Below are positions 39,923 to 52,059 of a DNA stretch of 64,000 bases, in pieces; positions within the stretch are counted from its first letter, which is position 1, and each line of letters starts with the position of its first letter. This DNA comes from Eledone cirrhosa (lineage: Eukaryota): the NCBI GenBank assembly GCA_964016885.1, contig OZ024744.1, forward strand, positions 106,392,001 through 106,456,000. The letters are read 5' to 3'. The notes beneath the pieces were generated by a model that had not been told where the DNA came from, searched no databases, and saw only the letters and a program-made list of their open reading frames with translations. The translations under genes and the position numbers were made by a program.

Positions 39923-40062
39923 ATGTATGTTTTTGTGTGTGTGTGTTTGCATGTGTGGTTTTATTTTATTTTTCCTTTCCTTCTTCTTTCTCCAGCCTCA
40001 CTTTCATATAGATTGCATTTTTGTTTTTTAAAATCCAAATTCAATAAACAGACCAGGATTTT

Positions 40063-40120
40063 TTCATTCTGAGGATTGAGAGCTAAATTTTTTGCTTTTA
40101 AGAAACCACTGGTAAATGGA
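40063..40120 (+). ncRNA. Type I hammerhead ribozyme (CUGAGGA family)
   Basis: CUGAGGA 40069-40075, GAAA 40102-40105, GUA 40112-40114; stem I UUCAUU/AAUGGA. Confidence 0.75.
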
Positions 40121-40309
40121 ATAATTGCCTTATGTTGTTTATTACATAACTATTAAGCTCTGTTACCTACATAGAGCACTCTTTTTTCCTGGACTTTTCC
40201 GACGGAATTATTTCATTTATATATATATATATAATTATATATTATGGAATACTGTTGGCTTTTCGCTACAATGTTTTCTATACCTTTCATTTATATATAT
40301 ATATATATA

Positions 40310-40470
40310 TATATTTGAAAAAAATGGAAAAGAATGACTTCACTTGTAGTGTTAAAAAATTTGATTTAATTTTATAATATTATAATATTATAAAATTAAA
40401 ATATTATAAAATTAAATCAAATTTTTTAACACTACAAGCGAAGTCATTCTTTTCCATTTTTTCAAATATA
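40310..40470. repeat. AT-rich fold-back
   Basis: atatttgaaaaaaatggaaaagaatgacttc... is mirrored by ...gaagtcattcttttccattttttcaaatat. Confidence 0.85.
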
Positions 40471-40501
40471 CCTAACTGTACCAAGGATCTCACATTTTCC
40501 A

Positions 40502-40535
<34 letters not shown>

Positions 40536-40536
40536 T

Positions 40537-41750
40537 ATCATTATCATCGTTTAACGTCCATCTTCCACGCTTGCATGGGTTTGGACGGGAGTTTTCCCAC
40601 TTGAGGCAAGAGTGGTTGTCCTGCTCGTATAGGACTGTCTGGCGGGTTTTCTACGGCTGGATGCCCTTCCTAACACCAACCACGTTTACAGTGTGGACTG
40701 AGAGGTTTTTACCGTGTTACCTACATGGCCACATTACAGCGTGGACTGTGTTTTTTTGTTGTGACACCTACACGACCTCATTTGTTTCGGACTGGATGTT
40801 GTGGTACCAACATAACTTCACATTCAAGGGGGTGGTGTGGATGGGGTGGGGGTAGTGGGACAGGGGTGTATTTTTGTTAGAGGTCCTACTGACTGTAGGT
40901 TTTGCTTTATACTTAGGCAAGGCGGGTCTTCTGTATTACTGTGTAGCGCCAAAGATCTCGGTCCAGTGACATTGTCTTGGAGAGGTGTAAGTGTGTGAGG
41001 TCGGAATTTATCAAGTCGTCCCAGGTTTTTCTGGGTCTGCCTACTCCGTGGCTACCGTCTATTTTTATCACCCTGCACTTTTTTATACAGCTGTCGTCTT
41101 TCATGCGCATCACGTGACCAATCAAACGTAGTCTTCTCTCGAGTAAACAACATCTGATCCCTCTTATTCCTAATTTCTCCCTTAGTTCGTTTATGCTTTG
41201 CCGTTCACGTATATTACTATTACACATCCAGCGGAGCATGCAAGCTTCGTTTCTCACCAGTCTGCATATATCCTCTGCACACAATGCCCATGTCTCACTG
41301 CCATGCAACATTGCTGTTTGTATGCAGGCATCATACAGCCTGCCTTTCATTTTTAGAGAGAACCCTTTAGCGGCCAATAGTGGTATAAGCTCTCTGAACT
41401 TTTTCTATCCAGTTCTGACTCTAGCTACTGTACTTTCAGAGCACCCTCCCCCACTGCTGATTTTATCACCCAAGTAACGGAAGGTGTCCACTATTTCTAT
41501 AGAACCATCTGGGCAATGGAATGAGTTAGTATTATGTGGGCACTTGCTGCTACTTATTGCACCAGAGCACCGGCCACATATAAAATCTATATTCTTAGTT
41601 AGCTTACCTGTGATCCCACTACATCTTTTATGCACCCATACTTTGCATTTGGGACATAAAATGGAGTTTCTGCCTACTCCTTTCCTACACACTGAGCATG
41701 GCCATTTCCCGGATGGGACCGGTGCCCTATTTTCCTTCCTACAAACTAGA
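40537..41750 (-). mobile_element. RTE family A 3' part
   Basis: ORFs 41405-41692 (PHD) and 40913-41377; 3'UTR and tail. Confidence 0.93.
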
Positions 41751-41782
<32 letters not shown>

Positions 41783-41804
41783 TTACACACACACACATAT
41801 ACTA

Positions 41805-44800
41805 CATCGACAACCAGGCCAGTCAAGCAGTGAAAGCAGCAGTACTGGGGAACCTAAAAGACCTGTATCAAATGACCAAAAAGCTAGCAGAGAAATTCCA
41901 GTGTACAGAGAAGCTAGTGAAGGACAAGAATGGGAACACATTGACAATAGCTGAAACAAAGGGCAGAGTACTTCAGGGAGCTGCTGTACTGCCCCACCTA
42001 CTCATCAACTGACAAACCCTCAAAAGTAGAGATCAAGAAAGCCATCCTGACACTGAAAATGGGAAAGCTGCAGGGCTAGACAAAATACCAGCAGAAGCCA
42101 TCAAAGTAGACACAGAGGCAGCTGCCAACATGTTACACAGCCTCTTCAGTAAGATCTAGGAGAAGGAAGATGTCCTGACCCAGTGGCAGGAAGTGATCAT
42201 CATCAAAGAAGGGAGACCCCAGGGACTGCAGCAACTATCAAGGGATCATCTCCTGTCAGTGCCGAGCAAGGTTCTCAACAGAGTACTACTGGAGAAGATA
42301 AAGGAAAGCAGTCAACTCCAAGCTCCAGGTTCAGTAGGTGGGATTCTGCAGGAACAGATCTTGTGTTGATCAGATCACCAGCCTACACATCATTGTGGAG
42401 CAGTCACTGGAGTGGAATATCCCACTCTACATCAACAGATCTTGTGTTGATCAAATCACCATCATTGTGGAGCAGTCACTGGAGTGGAATGTCCCACTCT
42501 ACATCAACAGATCTTGTGTTGATCAGATCACCAGTCTATACATCATTGTGGAGCAGTCACTGGAGTGGAATATCCCACTCTACATCAACAGATCTTGTGT
42601 TGATCAGATCACCAGCCTACACATCATTGTGGAGCAGTCACTGGAGTGGAATATCCCACTCTACATCAACAGATCTTGTGCTGATCAGATCACCAGTCTA
42701 TACATCATTGTGGAGCAGTCACTGGAGTGGAATATCCTACTCTACATCAACAGATCTTGTGTTGATCAGATCACCAGTCTATACATCATTGTGGAGCAGT
42801 CACTGGAGTGGAATATCCTACTCTACATCAACAGATCTTGTGTTGATCAGATCACCAGCCTACACATCACTGTGGAGCAGTCGCTGGAGTGGAATATCCC
42901 ATTCTACATCAACAGATCTTGTGTTGATCAGATCACCATCATTGTGGAGCAGTCACTGGAGTGGAATGTCCCACTCTACATCAACAGATCTTGTGTTGAT
43001 CAGATCACCAGTCTATACATCATTGTAGAGCAGTCACTGGAGTGGAATATCCTACTCTACATCAATAGATCTTGTGTTGATCAAATCACCATCATTGTGG
43101 AGCAGTCACTGGAGTGGAATGTCCCACTCTACATCAACAGATCTTGTGTTGATCAGATCACCAGTCTATACATCATTGTGGAGCAGTCACTGGAGTGGAA
43201 TATCCTACTCTACATCAACAGATCTTGTGTTGATCAGATCACCAGCCTACACATCATTGTGGAGCAGTCGCTGGAGTGGAATATCCCATTCTACATCAAC
43301 AGATCTTGTGTTGATCAGATCACCATCATTGTGGAGCAGTCACTGGAGTGGAATGTCCCACTCTACATCAACAGATCTTGTGTTGATCAGATCACCAGTC
43401 TATACATCATTGTGGAGCAGTCACTGGAGTGGAATATCCTACTCTACATCAACAGATCTTGTGTTGATCAGATCACCAGTCTATACATCATTGTGGAGCA
43501 GTCACTGGAGTGGAATATCCCACTCTACATCAACAGATCTTGTGTTGATCAGATCACCAGTTTACACATCATTGTGGAGCAGTCACTGGAGTGGAATATC
43601 CCACTCTACATCAACAGATCTTGTGATGATCAGATCACCAGTCTATACATCATTGTGGAGCAGTCACTGGAGTGGAATATCCCACTTTACATCAACAGAT
43701 CTTGTGTTGATCAGATCACCATCATTGTGGAGCAGTCACTGGAGTGGAATATCCCATTCTACATCAACAGATCTTGTGTTGATCAGATCACCAGCTTACA
43801 CATCATTGTGGAGCAATCACTGGAGTGGAATATCCCACTCTACATCAACAGATATTGTGTTGATCAGATCACCAGCCTTTACATCATTGTGGAGCAGTCA
43901 CTGGAGTGGAATATCCCACTCTACATCAACAGATCTTGTGTTGATCAGATCACCAGCTTACACATCAATGTGGAGCAGTCACTGGAGTGGAATATCCTAC
44001 TCTACATCAACAGATCTTGTGCTGATCAGATCACCAGCTTACACATCAATGTGGAGCAGTCACTGGAGTGGAATATCCTACTCTACATCAATAGATCTTG
44101 TGTTGATCAGATCACCAGTCTATACATCATTGTGGAGCAGTCACTGAAGTGGAATATCCCACTCTACATCAACAGATCTTGTTTTGATCAGATCACCAGT
44201 CTACACATCATTGTGGAGCAGTCACTGGAGTGGAATATCCCACTCTACATCAACAGATCTTGTGTTGATCAGATCACCAGCTTTTACATCATTGTGGAGC
44301 AGTCACTGGAGTGGAATATCCCACTCTACATCAACAGATCTTGTTTTGATCAGATCACCAGCTTTTACATCATTGTGGAGCAGTCACTGGAGTGGAATAT
44401 CCCACTCTACATCAACAGATCTTGTGTTGATCAGATCACCAGCTTTTACATCATTGTGGAGCAGTCACTGGAGTGGAATATCCCACTTTACATCAACTTC
44501 ATAGACTACAAGACAGTGTTTGACAGTGTGGACAGAGAGACACTGTGGAAGCTACTGATACCCTATGGAGTACCTGGGAAGATTAACTCCCTCATTTGCT
44601 GCACTTACCAAGATCGGTCACACCAGCCAACTGACTGAGTCTCAAAGTGAAGACTAGAGTTCATCAGAGGTGCTTGCTGTAACTGTTCCTCTTCCTCCTG
44701 GCCATTGACTAGATAATGAAAACCACAACAACAGACAGGAACAGTGGTATACAGTGGACACCCTGGACACAACTGGATGACCTCAATTTTGCTGATGACC

Positions 44801-45005
44801 TGGCATTCTTGTCACACAGTTACGACCAGATACAGGACAAGACCTCACGCTTGGAGATCACGTCAGTGAGGACAGGGCTGAAGATAATCAGGAAAAATAC
44901 CAATCTGATGAAGTTCAGCAATGCTGCCAACACACCAGTCACAGTCAGTGGGGAGCCCATTAGAGAGGTGGAATCATTTGTCTACTTAGGAAGTGTGGTT
45001 GATTG
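41805..45005 (+). mobile_element. Conventional RTE-clade LINE (no PHD), decayed, with internal array
   Basis: LKNGKAAGLDKIPAEA, GF..NRSC.DQI...EQSLEWN.PLYINFIDY..FDSVDRETLW, DLNFADD, VESFVYLGS. Confidence 0.9.
42356..44497 (+). repeat. In-frame 81/72-bp minisatellite x27 inside RT coding region
   Basis: 22 units of 81 bp plus 5 of 72 bp = 2142 bp, counted from the 766-aa ORF. Confidence 0.97.
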
Positions 45006-45009
45006 ATAT

Positions 45010-45865
45010 GGGGAACTGACCACTTTACTAAATGTACTGAGAACTTGATTTCTATAGCTGGAACCCTCCCTGAGGCCAATCACTTTACTAAATGTACTGG
45101 AAACTTGATTTCTATAGCTGGAACCCTCCCTGAGGCCAATCACTTTACTAAATGTACTGGGAACTTGATTTCTATAACTGGAACCCTCCCTGAGGCCAAT
45201 CACTTTACTAAATGTACTGGGAACTTGATTTCTATAGCTGGAACCCTCCCTGAGGCCAATCACTTTACTAAATGTACTGGGAACTTGATTTCTATAGCTG
45301 GAACCCTCCCTGAGGCCAATCACTTTACTATATGTACTGGAAACATGATTTATATAGCTGGAACCCTCCCTGGGGCCAATCACTTTACTAAATGTACTAG
45401 GAACTTGATTTATATAGCTGGAACCCTCCCTGGGGCCAATCACTTTACTAAATGTACTGGGAACTTGATTTCTATAGCTGGAACCCTCCCTGGGGCCAAT
45501 CACTTTACTAAATGTACTGGGAACTTGATTTCTATAGCTGGAACCCTCCCTGAGGCCAATCACTTTACTAAATGTACTGGGAACTTGATTTCTATAGCTG
45601 GAACCCTCCCTGAAGCCAATCACTTTACTAAATGTACTGGGAACTTGATTTCTATAGCTGGAACCCTCCCTGAAGCCAATCACTTTACTAAATGTACTGG
45701 GAACTTGATTTCTATAGCTGGAACCCTCCCTGAGGCCAATCACTTTACTAAATGTACTGGGAACTTGATTTCTATAGCTGGAACCCTCCCTGAGGCCAAT
45801 CACTTTACTATACTGGGAACTTGATTTCTATGGTTAGATGCCCTTCCTAAGGCCGATCACTTTAT
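45010..45865. repeat. 60-bp minisatellite x~14 derived from RTE UTR motif
   Basis: Exact 60-bp period; unit TTGATTTCTATAGCTGGAACCCTCCCTGAGGCCAATCACTTTAC resembles TTGATTTCTACAGCTGGATGCCCTTCCTAACACCAACC; it adjoins a decayed RTE 3' end at 45830-46230 (minus). Confidence 0.95.
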
Positions 45866-46449
45866 AACCTATTAATTTTGCCATATCGACATCACAACCA
45901 CTTTATAGTTTGGGCTGGGAACTTTTTGTCGTGTCACCATCATGACCATTTTACAATGTGGGCTGGAGGCTTCACTGGATGTATGCTTCAGACAGTATGG
46001 GAATGTATGAGTGGGTGGTGCATCCTATATATAAGCTTCAGTCTGTGCACAGATAATGCTTGGTTCTGTGTCATCATCTTTGAGAGGTGCAATTCAATAA
46101 GGTCAGCTATTATCACCTCATTCCAAGTCTTCCTGGGTCTCCCCACTCCATGGCTTCCATCGATTTTGCGTGCTCTGCACCTCGTTATACAGCTGTCATC
46201 CTTAATACATCACATGTCCATACTAATGCAAGCTGTATATCTACTTATATATATAACCAGCAATTTCTCTCTGTCTGTCTGTCCGACAGTGGAAACACGT
46301 GCGTAGAGAGAGGGTGAGAGTGAAAGAAAGAGACAGACTACGAGAGGGGGATAGCGGGAGGGAGAGAGAGAGAGTGAATAGACGCTAAAACATGTGCTAC
46401 AGAAACATTACCTTCCCCTCTCCACTAACTTTGGTCACTGAGGCCGAGG

Positions 46450-48320
46450 GAATCGCGCTGAGCGCGTCATAATGACGTAATGCAGACAGCCAGACATACA
46501 GACAGATATAAGGGCGCAACGTTATATCTATGTATCTATCTAAAAAGAAAGACTAAGAATTATATAGAGAGAACGTTAAATCACCTAATGCGGTCCCTAG
46601 GGCATTGAAAATTTGAAATAATTTTTGCTCAAAACACTCACAGGACCATAAGTATTACATGTCTAAAGTTTGAAAACAATCGGTTGGATGGTTCTCAAGT
46701 TTTAGTGAGCTGACAGACAGACAGACATTCTCTGTTTTAGATATATAGACTAGCAGAAAACCGCCCATAGGTTGTTTTCTGCTAGTCTATATATATATAA
46801 AACTGAGGATGTCTGTCTGTGTGTGTGTGAGTTTGAATCCCTAAAGCTGGAGAAGCACCCAACCGACTGTTTTCAAACTTTACACATGTAATAATTATGT
46901 TTCAGGGAGTGTTCTGAGCAAAAAATATTTCAAATTTTCAATGCCCTAGGGACTGCATTAGGCGATTTAGCGATCTCTCTCTATAATTCTTAGTCTTTCT
47001 CTTTTTAGATAGATACATACATATAACTGTTTTTATTTTAGGCACAAGGCCAGCAATTACCCAGTACATTACTGGTACTTTATTTTATCGACCCCCGTAA
47101 GGATGAAAGGCAAAGTTAATCTCGGCGGGATTTGAACTCAGATCATAAAGGGACGTAGCTCTATGCTTCAAAGCATGGTGTCCGACTCTCTACCGATACT
47201 GCCAACGTCGCGCCCTTATAATATCTGCCTGTATGTCTGGCTGCCTGCATTACGTCACTTCCCTGAGGATGTCTGTCTGTGAGTTTGAATCCCTAAAACT
47301 TGAGAAGTACCCAACCGATTTTTTTCAAACTTTACATGTGTATTACTTATGTTTCAGGGAGTGTTATGCACATAAGAAAATTCCACTTTTTGATCTCCTG
47401 GGGCCCGCATTAGGTGTAAAACTGCGTTTTTTAAGCTTTTTAGGGTTTTTTTGAGGCGTTACATCAGACCGATTTCCTTGAAATTGTAACTATGTATTAG
47501 TCAGTCTCTTCTTCATACGGTGAGCAAAGAAAATCCATTTCTTCACCTAATGCAGGCTTAGGGCCTGCATTAGGTGAAGAAAATTCACTTTTTCAGCTCT
47601 TTAGGGCTTTTTGGAGGCATTACGTCTAGCCGATTTTCCCGAAATTTCAAGGTATATTATGCACATAAAAAAAATTCATTTTCTTGATCCCCTAGGGCCC
47701 GCATTTTTCCTGCTTCATCGAGGAAAATCTTAAAGATTATCCAGCCATCAGAGTATTCGGTTTATTTTCTTTACATATTGTCCACGATTAGGTCTGTTGG
47801 CGGCCCGCATTCCAAAATATCTTATCCCGTGCAACGCCGGGTACCACTGCTAGTATATTTATATATCTAAAACAGAGAATGTCTGTCTGACTCCCTAAAA
47901 CTCGAGAACCACCCAACCGATTTTTTTCAAACTTTACACATGTAATACTTATAGCCGTGTGAGTGTTTTGAGTAAAAAAAAATTTCAAATTTTCAATGCC
48001 CTAGGGACCGCATTAGGCGCCGTTTAACGATCTCTCTATAATTCTTAGTCTGTCTTTTTAGATAGATACATAGATATAACGTTGCGCCCTTATAATATCT
48101 GTCTGTATGTTTGGCTGTCTGCATTATGACGCTATCTGTGTGTGTGAATATATATATAGAGTGTAACGTTTTTCGAAATATTTACTTCTGTGTTCACAGA
48201 TTGATTTTTTTTAGTTTCAGAAGATCCCATTATAGGTAAAAGCAGCGATTCTTTACTTAAACTTTAATCTGTTATTATAATATATACTAGCAGAATGGCC
48301 CGGCATTGCTCGGGATTCTA
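46450..48320. mobile_element. Cluster of non-autonomous Helitron-like elements
   Basis: 5' ends TC(TA)nAAAA...GTCTGTCTG at ~46787 and ~47860 (plus) and ~46749 (minus); 3' ends hairpin+CTAGT at 47826-47854 (plus), 48286-48314 (minus) and 51408-51437 (plus). Confidence 0.75.
47028..47214 (-). mobile_element. tRNA-derived Nin-domain-like SINE nested in Helitron
   Basis: A box TGGCAGTATCGG, B box GAGTTCAAATCC, GCCTTTCATCC...GGTCGATAAAA..AGTACCAG central domain. Confidence 0.8.
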
Positions 48321-49014
48321 AACATAGATTGGCATGCTTATCCCTCCTTTCTGAAACAGTACAGAGACGTACGGAATACCTCGGCCTCCGGATGGTGTCT
48401 ACATTTAGTACTTATAAAAAAAATTTGTCGTAGATTACCAGGGTTTTTTTCCATGTAAAGAAAATCAATACTAGGTTGAAAAAAATACTAATTTAAAACA
48501 ATATGGTTTGCCTGTCTCGATTTAAAGTAATAAATCAATAAAAATAACAAACCTATATTGGGCAACAGCCTTTGATACCCGGACAGATCTAAATCTGTTT
48601 TGCAAGAATTATTAAGTGAAAGCCACCATTCCTGTGCTCTTCTGCGGGTATCCAAGAAATTTGTACCTTTTACTTCAAAAGATCTAAGAAGACTGAACTA
48701 TGTGCTGATATAAAAGCACATGTTGCAGCGTCTAGCACGTCTCATACTCATGCCGCTAAAAATAGCAGCCGGTTTTATGAGACTAAAGTTAGCTCTACGT
48801 ATGGAGAAACTCAAAATAGTCTTTTACAATTAAATAGCTCAAAGAAGGGAATCTTTCCGAACCATGTAATATAATTGAATATATGAGAGAGATGAACTCA
48901 GATATAAGTATACATGTGTTCCAATTGCAAAGGACAAAAGATAGCTAGGTTGAAAAAATACTAATTTAAAACAATATGGTTTGCCTGTCTCAAGATATAT
49001 ATATATATATATAT

Positions 49015-51239
49015 ATCATCATCATCATCATCATCATCAGGTTTAGCGTCCGTGTTCCACGCTTGCATGGGTTTGGACGGGGGTTTTCCCACTTGAGGCA
49101 AGAGTGGTTGTCTTGCTCGCATAGGACTGTCTGGCGGGTTTTCTACAGTTGGATGCCCTTCCTAACACCAACCACATTTACAGTGTGGGGCTGGGAGGTT
49201 TTTACCGTGTTGCCTACACGGCCACATTACAGCGTGGACTGTCTGGCGGGTTTTCTACAGCTGGATGCCCTTCCTAACATCAACCACATTTACAGTGTGG
49301 GGCTGGGAGGTTTTTACCGTGTTGCCTACACGGCCACATTTACAGCGTGGACTGTGTGTTTTTTTGTCGTGACACCTACACGATCTCATTTGTTTCGGCC
49401 TGGATGTTGTGGGACCAACATAACTGTACATTGAAAGGGGCGGTGTGGATGGGGTGGAGGTGGTGGGACGGGGGGGTGTTTTGATAGAGATGCCTACTGA
49501 CTGTAGTAGGTTTTTTACTTTGTATTTAGGTAAGGCGGGTCTTCTCTATTACTGAGTACCGCCAAAGGTCTCGGTCCAGTGACATTGTCTTGGAGAGGTG
49601 TAAGCGTGTGAGGTCGGAATTTATCAGCTCGTCCCATGTTTTTCTGGGTCTGCCTACTCCGTGGCTACCGTCTATCTTTATTGCCCTGCACTTTGTTATA
49701 CAGCTGTCGTCTTTCATGCGCATCACGTGACCGTACCAACGTAGCCTTCTCTCGAGTAAACAACATCTGATCCCTCTTATTTCTAATTTTTTCCTTAGTT
49801 CGTTTATGCTTTGCCGTTCACGTATATTACTATTGCACATCCAGCGGAGCATGCAAGCTTCGTTCCTCTCTAGTCTGCGTATATCCTCTGCACACAATGC
49901 CCAGGTCTCACTGCCATGCAGCATTGCTGTTCGTATGCAGGCATCGTATAACCTGCCTTTCATTTTTAGGGAGAACCCTCTAGCGGCTAATAGTGGTATA
50001 AGCTCTCTGAACTTTTTCCATCCAGTTCTGACTCTAGCTACTGTACTTTCAGAGCACCCTCCCCCACTGCTGATTTTGTCACCCAGGTAACGGAAGCTGT
50101 CCACTATTTCTATAGAACCCTCTGCGCAGTTGAAGGAGCTAGTATTTTGTGGGCACTTGCTGCTGCTTATTGCACCAGAGCACCGGCCACATGTAAAATC
50201 TATGTTCTTAGTTAGCTTACCTGTGATCCCACTACATCTTTTATGCACCCATACTTTGCATTTGGGACATAAAATGGAGTTTCTACCTACGCCTTTCCTA
50301 CACACTGAGCATGGCCATTTCCCAGATGGGACTGCCGCCATATTTTCTTTCCTACAAACTAGAACTTTTGTCTTAGCCAGGTTAATTTTAAGGCCTTTTG
50401 ATTCTAGGCCGTGCTTCCATGTTTGGAATTTCTTCTCTAGTTCGGTCATTGATTCAGCTATGAGCATTAGATCATCTGCGTATAGGAGTTCCCATGGGCA
50501 GCCGGTCTTGAACTCCTCTGTTATAGCCTGAAGGGTAATAATAAATAGTAGGGGGCTAAGAACAGAGCCCTGATGGACACCAACTTTTACGCTAAACTCT
50601 TCACTATATTCGTTGTTAATTCTAACCTTACTGACTGTTTCTTTATACATGGCTTGTATAGCTCTCACAAGCCATTCGTCAACACCTAGTTTTCTAAGAG
50701 ACCACCAGATAATGGAACGGGGGACTCTGTCGAAGGCTTTCTCCAAGTCGACGAAAGCTAAGTATAGGGGTTTACTTTTAGCTAGGTACTTCTCCTGTAG
50801 TTGTCGTACAATGAAAAGAGCGTCTGTGGTACTTTTGCCTGACACAAACCCGAACTGCATTTCATCTAGATCAATTCTCTCTCTGATTAGTTGCGCTATT
50901 ACTTTTTCCGTGACCTTCATGACCTGGTCGATTAATTTAATGCCTCTATAGTTACTCCTATCTAGGGCATCTCCTTTTCCCTTATAGCAGTTAACGATGA
51001 TGCTGCTACGCCAGTCCTTCGGAACAACCCCATTCTGTACGACTTGGTTAACTATCCGGGTGACCATGGTGTGTCCCACCGAACCAGATGCCTTCAGCAT
51101 CTCAGCAACTATTTCCGAAGGACCAGCCGCCTTACCCGTCTTCATATCTTTGATTGCCTTGCTTATTGTACTACCCTGGACTAACACTGCTGGTCCCTCT
51201 ATTGGGTCGATGTGGGGGAGACTGTCTTTCTCCCATTTG

Positions 51240-51240
<1 letters not shown>
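49015..51240 (-). mobile_element. RTE family A, 5'-truncated, with uninterrupted RT-PHD-C-terminal frame (~570 aa)
   Basis: ORF 49526-51340 (the first ~34 aa are flank/microsatellite); all RT motifs intact; PHD at 50180-50311; 3'UTR has an internal ~110-bp duplication. Confidence 0.96.
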
Positions 51241-51290
<50 letters not shown>

Positions 51291-51433
51291 TATATTCGTG
51301 TACAGACATTTTTGGATACACAATAACAAAATATAAACAAACGTATTTATTTCACTAGGCTCGATAAGGATAAATATATATCAAATATATAAGAACCCTA
51401 GAGCAAATCCCAAGCAAAGCCAGGCCATTCTGC

Positions 51434-51473
<40 letters not shown>

Positions 51474-51477
<4 letters not shown>

Positions 51478-52037
51478 TCAAGAATAAGGACGGGTTGGAA
51501 GAAGTTTAGGGAGCTGCTTCCTCTGCTGACGAAGAAGGGTTTCTCCCTGCATACGAAAGGCCAGTTATATAATGCCTGTGTGAGGAGCGCGATGCTGCAT
51601 AGAAGTGAGACATGGGCAGCAACTGCAGAGGTTATGCGACAGCTGGAGAGAAATGAGGCAAGCATGCTCCGTTGGATGTGCAATGTCAATGTGTGTGAAT
51701 GACCCAGCATGAATGTGTTGAGAGAGAAACTGTGTCTGAGAGGGATAGAATGTAGTGTACGGGAGAGGAGTCTGAGGTGGTATGGACATGTGATGCGCAT
51801 GGAGGATGACCGATGGGTGAAGAAGTGCCAGGAAATTCCAGTTGAAGGAAGACGTGGTAGAGGTAGACCACGAAAAACATGGGCGGATGTGGTGAGAACA
51901 GACCTCAGATTGCTGAAGCTCACCGAGGAGATGACGAGGGACCGTGACAAGTGGAGAGATGCTGTGCTAAATAAGACCCGTCCCACCCTTGCAAGCAGGG
52001 AAAAGCGGACGTAAAATGATGATGATGATGATGATGA
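51474..52037 (+). mobile_element. RTE family B 3' end
   Basis: LRWYGHVMRM...GRGRPRKTW...RPTLASREKRT*, followed immediately by (GAT)n. Confidence 0.92.
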
Positions 52038-52059
52038 TATATATATCATCTTGAAGTTC

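Noticed and set aside
42356-45865. CRISPR-like or RT-associated repeat array
   Set aside because: Units are contiguous with no unique spacers, derive from the LINE itself, and no cas genes are present; eukaryotic context.
49806-51287. Recurrent antisense ORFs opposite RT
   Set aside because: They are shadow frames of the LINE ORF, repeated because the copies are homologous; no independent motif.
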